A stretch of DNA of 64,000 nucleotides from contig OZ059895.1 in assembly GCA_964057225.1 (NCBI GenBank), positions 21,948,001 through 22,012,000 on the forward strand, given 5' to 3'. This DNA comes from Auanema rhodensis (Eukaryota > Animalia > Nematoda). Position numbers and translations under genes: made by a program. Under the pieces are notes generated by a model that saw only the letters and a program-made list of their open reading frames with translations, searched no databases and was not told where the DNA came from. The first letter of the stretch is position 1. Each line of letters starts with the position of its first letter. Below are positions 53,401 to 64,000 of the stretch, piece by piece.

Positions 53401-56269
53401 TATTGGTGCATGGTAACCATGACTTTGAAATTTACGTGAACTTTAATTTATGCTAATTAAGTGTACACGTGATGTGCACTTGGTATGTAACTTGCTTCAC
53501 GTGAAAGATAAAGAGATGCGGTTTTCAAAATTAGATTTCGCATGTCCATATTAGTCTAAAAACAAATTTTTATTAATATTGGTGCATGGTAACCATGACT
53601 TTGAAATTTACGTGAACTTTAATTTATGCTAATTAAGTGTACACGTGATGTGCACTTGGTATGTAACTTGCTTCACGTGAAAGATAAAGAGATGCGGTTT
53701 TCAAAATTAGATTTCGCATGTCCATATTAGTCTAAAAACAAATTTTTATTGATATTGGTGCATGGTAACCATGACTTTGAAATTTACGTGAACTTTAATT
53801 TATGCTAATTAAGTGTACACGTGATGTGCACTTGGTATGTAACTTGCTTCACGTGAAAGATAAAGAGATGCGGTTTTCAAAATTAGATTTCGCATGTCCA
53901 TATTAGTCTAAAAACAAATTTTTATTGATATTGGTGCATGGTAACCATGACTTTGAAATTTACGTGAACTTTAATTTATGCTAATTAAGTGTACACATGA
54001 TGTGCACTTGGTATGTAACTCGCTTCAAGTGAAAGATAAAGAGATGCGGTTTTCAAAATTAGATTTCGCATGTCCATATTAGTCTAAAAACAAATTTTTA
54101 TTGATATTGGTGCATGGTAACCATGACTTTAAAATTTACGTGAACTTTAATTTATGCTAATTTAGTGTACACATGATGTGCACTTGGTATGTAACTCGCT
54201 TCACGTCAAAGATAAAGAGATGCGGTTTTCAAAATTAGATTCCCCATGTCCATATTAGTCTAAAAACAAATTTTTATTGATATTGGTGGATGGTAACCAT
54301 GACTTTGAAATTTACGTGAACTTTAATTTATGCTAATTAAGTGCACACATGATGTGCACTTGGTATGTAACTCGCTTCACGTGAAAGATAAAGGGATGCG
54401 GTTTTCAAAATTAGATTTCGCATGTCCATTTTAGTCTAAAAACAAATTGTTATTGATATTGGTGCATGGTAACCATGACTTTAAAATTTACGTGAACTTT
54501 AATTTATGCTAATTAAGTGTACACATGATGTGCACTTGGTATGTAACTCGCTTCAAGTGAAAGATAAAGAGATGCGGTTTTCAAAATTAGATTTCGCATG
54601 TCCATATTAGTCTAAAAACAAATTTTTATTGATATTGGTGCATGGTAACCATGACTTTGAAAATTACGTGAACTTTAATTTATGCTAATTAAGTGTACAC
54701 GTGATGTGCACTTGGTATGTAACTCGCTTCACGTCAAAGATAAAGAGATGCGGTTTTCAAAATTAGATTTCGCATGTCCATATAAGTCTCAAAACAAATT
54801 TTTATTGATATTGGTGCATGGTAACCATGACTTTGAAATTTACGTGAACTTTAATTTATGCTAATTAAGTGTACACATGCTGTGCACTTGGTATGTAACT
54901 CGCTTCACGTCAAAGATAAAGAGATGCGGTTTTCAAAATTAGATTCCCCATGTCCATATTAGTCTAAAAACAAATTTTTATTAATATTGGTGCATGGTAA
55001 CCATGACTTTAAAATTTACGTGAACTTTAATTTATGCTAATTAAGTGTACACGTGATGTGCACTTGGTATGTAACTCGCTTCACGTGAAAGATAAAGAGA
55101 TGCGGTTTTCAAAATTAGATTCCCCATGTCCATATTAGTCTAAAAACAAATTTTTATTGATATTGGTGCATGGTAACCATGACTTTAAAATTTACGTGAA
55201 CTTTAATTTATGCTAATTAAGTGCACACATGATGTGCACTTGGTATGTAACTCGCTTCACGTCAAAGATAAAGAGATGCGGTTTTCAAAATTAGATTTCG
55301 CATGTCCATAATAGTCTAAAAACAAATTTTTATTGATATTGGTGCATGGTAACCATGACTTTAAAATTTACGTGAACTTTAATTTGTGCTAATTTAGTGT
55401 ACACATGATGTGCACTTGGTATGTAACTCGCTTCACGTCAAAGATAAAGAGATGCGGTTTTCAAAATTAGATTCCCCATGTCCATATTAGTCTAAAAACA
55501 AATTTTTATTGATATTGGTGGATGGTAACCATGACTTTGAAATTTACGTGAACTTTAATTTATGCTAATTAAGTGCACACATGATGTGCACTTGGTATGT
55601 AACTCGCTTCACGTGAAAGATAAAGGGATGCGGTTTTCAAAATTAGATTTCGCATGTCCATTTTAGTCTAAAAACAAATTGTTATTGATATTGGTGCATG
55701 GTAACCATGACTTTAAAATTTACGTGAACTTTAATTTATGCTAATTAAGTGTACACATGATGTGCACTTGGTATGTAACTCGCTTCAAGTGAAAGATAAA
55801 GAGATGCGGTTTTCAAAATTAGATTTCGCATGTCCATATTAGTCTAAAAACAAATTTTTATTGATATTGGTGCATGGTAACCATGACTTTGAAAATTACG
55901 TGAACTTTAATTTATGCTAATTAAGTGTACACGTGATGTGCACTTGGTATGTAACTCGCTTCACGTCAAAGATAAAGAGATGCGGTTTTCAAAATTAGAT
56001 TTCGCATGTCCATATAAGTCTCAAAACAAATTTTTATTGATATTGGTGCATGGTAACCATGACTTTGAAATTTACGTGAACTTTAATTTATGCTAATTAA
56101 GTGTACACATGCTGTGCACTTGGTATGTAACTCGCTTCACGTCAAAGATAAAGAGATGCGGTTTTCAAAATTAGATTCCCCATGTCCATATTAGTCTGAA
56201 AACAAATTTTATTAATATTGGTGCATGGTAACCATGACTTTAAAATTTACGTGAAGTTTAATTTATGCT
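44474..56269. repeat. 7-monomer (1232 bp) higher-order repeat domain in satellite C (interrupted)
   Basis: A marker monomer carrying AAGTCTCAAAAC, preceded by GAAAATTACG, starts at 44650, 45882, 49754, 50986, 52218, 54682 and 55914. Spacings are 1232 or 2464 except across about 46.0-49.7 kb. Confidence 0.85.
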
Positions 56270-59200
56270 AATTAAGTGTACACATGATGTGCACTTGGTA
56301 TGTAACTCGCTTCACGTCAAAGATAAAGAGATGCGGTTTTCAAAATTAGATTCCCCATGTCCATATTAGTCTAAAAACGAATTTTTATTGATATTGGTGC
56401 ATGGTAACCATGACTTTAAAATTTACGTGAACTTTAATTTATGCTAATTAAGTGTACACATGATGTGCACTTGGTATGTAACTCGCTTCACGTGAAAGAT
56501 AAAGAGATGCGGTTTTCAAAATTAGATTCCCCATGTCCATATTAGTCTAAAAACAAATTTTTATTGATATTGGTGCATGGTAACCATGACTTTAAAATTT
56601 ACGTGAACTTTAATTTATGCTAATTAAGTGTACACATGATGTGCACTTGGTATGTAACTCGCTTCACGTGAAAGATAAAGAGATGCGGTTTTCAAAATTA
56701 GATTCCCCATGTCCATATTAGTCTAAAAACATATTTTTATTAATATTGGTGCATGGTAACCATGACTTTGAAATTTACGTGAACTTTAATTTATGCTAAT
56801 TAAGTGTACACATGATGTGCACTTGGTATGTAACTCGCTTCACGTGAAAGATAAAGAGATGCGGTTTTCAAAATTAGATTCCCCATGTCCATATTAGTCT
56901 AAAAACAAATTTTTATTGATATTGGTGCATGGTAACCATGACTTTAAAATTTACGTGAACTTTAATTTATGCTAATTAAGTGTACACATGATGTGCACTT
57001 GGTATGTAACTCGCTTCACGTCAAAGATAAAGAGATGAGGTTTTCAAAATTAGATTCCCCATGTCCATATTAGTCTAAAAACAAATTTTTATTGATATTG
57101 GTGCATGGTAACCATGACTTTAAAATTTACGTGAACTTTAATTTATGCTAATTAAGTGTACACATGATGTGCACTTGGTATGTAACTCGCTTCACGTCAA
57201 AGATAAAGAGATGCGGTTTTCAAAATTAGATTCCCCATGTCCATATTAGTCTAAAAACAAATTTTTATTAATATTGGTGCATGGTAACCATGACTTTGAA
57301 ATTTACGTGAACTTTAATTTATGCTAATTAAGTGTACACATGATGTGCACTTGGTATGTAACTCGCTTCAAGTGAAAGATAAAGAGATGCGGTTTTCAAA
57401 ATTAGATTTCGCATGTCCATATTAGTCTAAAAACAAATTTTTATTGATATTGGTGCATGGTAACCATGACTTTAAAATTTACGTGAACTTTAATTTATGC
57501 TAATTAAGTGTACACATGATGTGCACTTGGTATGTAACTCGCTTCACGTCAAAGATAAAGAGATGCGGTTTTCAAAATTAGATTCCCCATGTCCATATAA
57601 GTCTAAAAACAAATTTTTATTAATATTGGTGCATGGTAACCATGACTTTGAAATTTACGTGAACTTTAATTTATGCTAATTAAGTGTACACATGCTGTGC
57701 ACTTGGTATGTAACTCGCTTCACGTTAAAGATAAAGAGATGCGGTTTTCAAAATTAGATTCCCCATGTCCATATTAGTCTAAAAACAATTTTTTATCAAT
57801 ATTGGTGCATGGTAACCATGACTTTGAAATTTACGTGAACTTTAATTTATGCTAATTAAGTGTACAAATGATGTGCGCTTGGTATGTAACTCTCTTCACG
57901 TGAAAGATAAAGAGATGCGGTTTTCAAAATTAGATTCCTCATGTCCATATTAGTCTAAAAACGAATTTTTATTGATATTGGTGCATGGTAACTATGACTT
58001 TGAAATTTACGTGAACTTTAATTTATGCTAATTAAGTGTACACATGATGTGCACTTGGTATGTAACTCGCTTCAAGTGAAAGATAAAGAGATGCGCTTTT
58101 CAAAATTAGATTTCGCATGTCCATATTAGTCTAAAAACAAATTTTTATTGATATTGGTGCATGGTAACCATGACTTTAAAATTTACGTGAACTTTAATTT
58201 ATGCTAATTAAGTGTACACATGATGTGCACTTGGTATGTAACTCGCTTCACGTCAAAGATAAAGAGATGCGGTTTTCAAAATTAGATTCCCCATGTCCAT
58301 GTTAGTCTAAAAACAAATTTCTATTAATATTGGTGCATGGTAACTATGACTTTGAAATTTACGTGAACTTTAATTTATGCTAATTAAGTGTACACATGAT
58401 GTGCACTTGGTATGTAACTCGCTTCAAGTGAAAGATAAAGAGATGCGCTTTTCAAAATTAGATTTCGCATGTCCATATTAGTCTAAAAACAAATTTTTAT
58501 TGATATTGGTGCATGGTAACCATGACTTTAAAATTTACGTGAACTTTAATTTATGCTAATTAAGTGTACACATGATGTGCACTTGGTATGTAACTCGCTT
58601 CACGTCAAAGATAAAGAGATGCGGTTTTCAAAATTAGATTCCCCATGTCCATATTAGTCTAAAAACAAATTTTTATGAATATTGGTGCATGGTAACCATG
58701 ACTTTGAAATTTACGTGAACTTTAATTTATGCTAATTAAGTGTACACATGATGTGCACTTGGTATGTAACTCGCTTCACGTCAAAGATAAAGAGATGCGG
58801 TTTTGAAAATTAGATTCCCCATGTCCATATTAGTCTAAAAACAAATTTTTATTAATATTGGTGCATGGTAACCATGACTTTGAAATTTACGTGAACTTTA
58901 ATTTATGCTAATTAAGTGTACACATGATGTGCACTTGGTATGTAACTCGCTTCACGTCAAAGATAAAGAGATGCGGTTTTCAAAATTAGATTCCCCATGT
59001 CCATATTAGTCTAAAAACAATTTTTTATCAATATTGGTGCATGGTAACCATGACTTTGAAATTTACGTGAACTTTAATTTTTGCTAATTAAGTGTACACA
59101 TGATGTGCACTTGGTATGTAACTCGCTTCACGTCAAAGATAAAGAGATGCGGTTTTCAAAATTAGATTCCCCATGTCCATATTAGTCTAAAAACAAATTT

Positions 59201-62200
59201 TTATTAATATTGGTGCATGGTAACCATGACTTTGAATTTTACGTGAACTTTAATTTATGCTAATTAAGTGTACACATGATGTGCACTTGGTATGTAACTC
59301 GCTTCAAGTGAAAGATAAAGAGATGTGGTTTTCAAAATTAGATTTCGCATGTCCATATTAGTCTAAAAACAAATTTTTATTGATATTGGTGCATGGTAAC
59401 CATGACTTTAAAATTTACGTGAACTTTAATTTATGCTAATTAAGTGTACACATGATGTGCACTTGGTATGTAACTCGCTTCACGTCAAAGATAAAGAGAT
59501 GCGGTTTTTAAAATTAGATTCCCCATGTCCATATAAGTCTAAAAACAAATTTTTATTAATATTGGTGCATGGTAACCATGACTTTGAAATTTACGTGAAC
59601 TTTAATTTATGCTAATTAAGTGTACACATGCTGTGCACTTGGTATGTAACTCGCTTCACGTCAAAGATAAAGAGATGCGGTTTTCAAAATTAGATTCCCC
59701 ATGTCCATATAAGTCTAAAAACAAATTTTTATTAATATTGGTGCATGGTAACCATGACTTTAAAATTTACGTGAACTTCAATTTATGCTAATTAAGTGTA
59801 CACGTGATGTGCGCTTGGTATGTAACTCTCTTCACGTGAAAGGTAAAGAGATGTGGTTTTCAAAATTAGATTCCTCATGTCCATATTAGTCTAAAAACGA
59901 ATTTTTATTGATATTGGTGCATGGTAACCATGACTTTAAAATTTACGTGAACTTTAATTTATGCTAATTAAGTGTACACATGATGTGCACTTGGTATGTA
60001 ACTTGCTTCACGTCAAAGATAAAGAGATGCGGTTTTCAAAATTAGATTCCCCATGTCCATTTTAGTCTAAAAACGAATTTTTATTGATATTGGTGGATGG
60101 TAACCATGACTTTAAAACTTACGTGAACTTCAATTTATGCTAATTAAGTGTACACGTGATGTGCACTTGGTATGTAACTCGCTTCACGTGAAAGATAAAG
60201 AGATGCGGTTTTCAAAATTAGATTCCTCATGTCCATATTAGTCTAAGAACGAATTTTTATTGATATTGGTGCATGGTAACCATGACTTTAAAATTTACGT
60301 GAACTTTAATTTATGCTAATTAAGTGTACACATGATGTGCACTTGGTATGTAACTCGCTTCACGTCAAAGATAAAGAGATGCGGTTTTCAAAATTAGATT
60401 CCCCATGTCCATGTTAGTCTAAAAACAAATTTCTATTAATATTGGTGCATGGTAACTATGACTTTGAAATTTACGTGAACTTTAATTTATGCTAATTAAG
60501 TGTACACATGATGTGCACTTGGTATGTAACTCGCTTCAAGTGAAAGATAAAGAGATGCGCTTTTCAAAATTAGATTTCGCATGTCCATATTAGTCTAAAA
60601 ACAAATTTTTATTGATATTGGTGCATGGTAACCATGACTTTAAAATTTACGTGAACTTTAATTTATGCTAATTAAGTGTACACATGATGTGCACTTGGTA
60701 TGTAACTCGCTTCACGTCAAAGATAAAGAGATGCGGTTTTCAAAATTAGATTCCCCATGTCCATATTAGTCTAAAAACAAATTTTTATGAATATTGGTGC
60801 ATGGTAACCATGACTTTGAAATTTACGTGAACTTTAATTTATGCTAATTAAGTGTACACATGATGTGCACTTGGTATGTAACTCGCTTCACGTCAAAGAT
60901 AAAGAGATGCGGTTTTGAAAATTAGATTCCCCATGTCCATATTAGTCTAAAAACAAATTTTTATTAATATTGGTGCATGGTAACCATGACTTTGAAATTT
61001 ACGTGAACTTTAATTTATGCTAATTAAGTGTACACATGATGTGCACTTGGTAAGTAACTCGCTTCACGTCAAAGATAAAGAGATGCGGTTTTCAAAATTA
61101 GATTCCCCATGTCCATATTAGTCTAAAAACAATTTTTTATCAATATTGGTGCATGGTAACCATGACTTTGAAATTTACGTGAATTTTTATTTATGCTAAT
61201 TAAGTGTACACATGATGTGCACTTGGTATGTAACTCGCTTCACGTCAAAGATAAAGAGATGCGGTTTTGAAAATTAGATTCCCCATGTCCATATTAGTCT
61301 AAAAACAAATTTTTATTAATATTGGTGCATGGTAACCATGACTTTGAAATTTACGTGAACTTTAATTTATGCTAATTAAGTGTACACATGATGTGCACTT
61401 GGTAAGTAACTCGCTTCACGTCAAAGATAAAGAGATGCGGTTTTCAAAATTAGATTCCCCATGTCCATATTAGTCTAAAAACAATTTTTTATCAATATTG
61501 GTGCATGGTAACCATGACTTTGAAATTTACGTGAACTTTAATTTTTGCTAATTAAGTGTACACATGCTGTGCGCTTGGTATGTAACTCTCTTCACGTGAA
61601 AGATAAAGAGATGCGGTTTCCAAAATTAGATTCCCCATGTCCATATTAGTCTAAAAACAAATTTTTATTAATATTGGTGCATGGTAACTATGACTTTGAA
61701 ATTTACGTGAACTTTAATTTATGCTAATTAAGTGTACACATGATGTGCACTTGGTATGTAACTCGCTTCACGTCAAAGATAAAGAGATGCGGTTTTCAAA
61801 ATTAGATTCCCCATGTCCATATTAGTCTAAAAACAAATTTTTATTAATATTGGTGCATGGTAACCATGACTTTGAAATTTACGTGAACTTTAATTTATGC
61901 TAATTAAGTGTACACATGATGTGCACTTGGTATGTAACTCGCTTCACGTCAAAGATAAAAAGATGAGGTTTTCAAAATTAGATTCCCCATGTCCATATTA
62001 GTCTAAAAACAAATTTTTATTAATATTGGTGCATGGTAACCATGACTTTGAAATTTACGTGAACTTTAATTTATGCTAATTAAGTGTACACATGATGTGC
62101 GCTTGGTATGTAACTCGCTTCACGTGAAAGATAAAGAGATGCGGTTTCCAAAATTAGATTCCCCATGTCCATATTAGTCTAAAAACAATTTTTTATCAAT

Positions 62201-64000
62201 ATTGGTGCATGGTAACCATGACTTTGAAATTTACGTGAACTTTAATTTATGCTAATTAAGTGTACACATGATGTGCGCTTGGTATGTAACTCTCTTCACG
62301 TGAAAGATAAAGAGATGCGGTTTTCAAAATTAGATTCCTCATGTCCATATTAGTCTAAAAACGAATTTTTATTGATATTAATGCATGGTAACCATGACTT
62401 TAAAATTTACGTGAACTTTAATTTATGCTAATTAAGTGTACACATGATATGCACTTGGTATGTAACTCGCTTCACGTCAAAGATAAAGAGATGCGGTTTT
62501 CAAAATTAGATTCCCCATGTCCATATTAGCCTAAAAACAAATTTTTTATTGATATTGGTGCATGGTAACCATGACTTTGAAATTTACGTGAACTTTAATT
62601 TATGCTAATTAAGTGTACACGTGATGTGCACTTGGTATGTAACTCGCTTCACGTGAAAGATAAAGAGATGCGGTTTTCAAAATTAGATTCCCCATGTCCA
62701 TATTAGTCTAAACACAAATTTTTATTGATATTGGTGCATGGTAACCATGACTTTGAAATTTACGTGAACTTTAATTTATGCTAATTAAGTGTACACGTGA
62801 TGTGCACTTGGTATGTAACTCGCTTCACGTGAAAGATAAAAAGATGCGGTTTTCAAAATTAGATTCCCCATGTCCATGTTAGTCTAAAAACAAATTTTTT
62901 ATTGATATTGGTGCATGGTAACCATGACTTTGAAATTTACGTGAACTTTAATTTATGCTAATTAAGTGTACACGTGATGTGCACTTGGTATGTAACTCGC
63001 TTCACGTGAAAGATAAAGAGATGCGGTTTTCAAAATTAGATTCCCCATGTCCATATTAGTCTAAACACAAATTTTTATTGATATTGGTGCATGGTAACCA
63101 TGACTTTGAAATTTACGTGAACTTTAATTTATGCTAATTAAGTGTACACGTGATGTGCACTTGGTATGTAACTCGCTTCACGTGAAAGATAAAAAGATGC
63201 GGTTTTCAAAATTAGATTCCCCATGTCCATGTTAGTCTAAAAACAAATTTCTATTAATATTGGTGCATGGTAACTATGACTTTGAAATTTACGTGAACTT
63301 TAATTTATGCTAATTAAGTGTACACATGATGTGCACTTGGTATGTAACTCGCTTCAAGTGAAAGATAAAGAGATGCGCTTTTCAAAATTAGATTTCGCAT
63401 GTCCATATTAGTCTAAAAACAAATTTTTATTGATATTGGTGCATGGTAACCATGACTTTAAAATGTACGTGAACTTTAATTTATGCTAATTAAGTGTACA
63501 CATGATGTGCACTTGGTATGTAACTCGCTTCACGTCAAAGATAAAGAGATGCGGTTTTCAAAATTAGATTCCCCATGTCCATATTAGTCTAAAAACAAAT
63601 TTTTATTAATATTGGTGCATGGTAACCATGACTTTGCAATTTACGTGAACTTTAATTTATGCTAATTAAGTGTACACATGATGTGCACTTGGTATGTAAC
63701 TCGCTTCACGTCAAAGATAAAAAGATGAGGTTTTCAAAATTAGATTCCCCATGTCCATATTAGTCTAAAAACAAATTTTTATTAATATTGGTGCATGGTA
63801 ACCATGACTTTGAAATTTACGTGAACTTTAATTTATGCTAATTAAGTGTACACATGATGTGCGCTTGGTATGTAACTCGCTTCACGTGAAAGATAAAGAG
63901 ATGCGGTTTCCAAAATTAGATTCCCCATGTCCATATTAGTCTAAAAACAAATTTTTATTGATATTGGTGCATGGCAACCATGACTTTAAAATTTACGTGA

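Larger units (their letters stand above)
23825..64000. repeat. Satellite family C, 176-bp monomer, about 228 head-to-tail copies (continues beyond window end); candidate centromeric satellite
   Basis: The monomer ATGCTAATTAAGTGTACAC...GTGAACTTTAATTT repeats throughout. ORF-track anchors are exact multiples of 176 from 24234 to 55914 (180 monomers). A centromeric role is inferred only from monomer length and higher-order structure. Confidence 0.97.

Noticed and set aside
24234-59791. Repeated 60-aa ORF MLIKCT...NFNLC as a tandem gene family
   Set aside because: It is one 176-bp monomer plus 7 nt. It is open only where a TAG/AAG polymorphism removes a stop codon, and most monomers carry the stop. 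The unit is not a multiple of 3, and there is no recognisable domain or gene context. It is useful only as a higher-order repeat marker.

Overview
The window holds no genes. It is entirely AT-rich tandem satellite DNA with the architecture of eukaryotic centromeric or pericentromeric heterochromatin; the taxon cannot be assigned from the sequence. Three satellite families abut directly. Family A (1-10023) has a 351-bp monomer, about 28.5 copies and no net indel. Family B (10031-23824) has mosaic 176/181/182-bp monomers, about 77 copies, and switches strand at about 18081-18120 to form a large inverted arrangement. Family C (23825-64000) has a 176-bp monomer, about 228 copies, with 7-, 18- and 19-monomer higher-order structure and a more diverged zone after about 56.2 kb. 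All ORFs in the supplied track are repeat artefacts. The main signals are: a shared ~176-bp register across the three families; short dyad symmetries in every monomer (in A, two 9-bp-stem hairpins centred 176 bp apart); a ~28-bp box shared by A and B; templated-insertion scars at the inversion and at 23.3 kb; and frequent CpG-transition polymorphism. Centromeric function is an inference, not shown. All alignments were done by eye.
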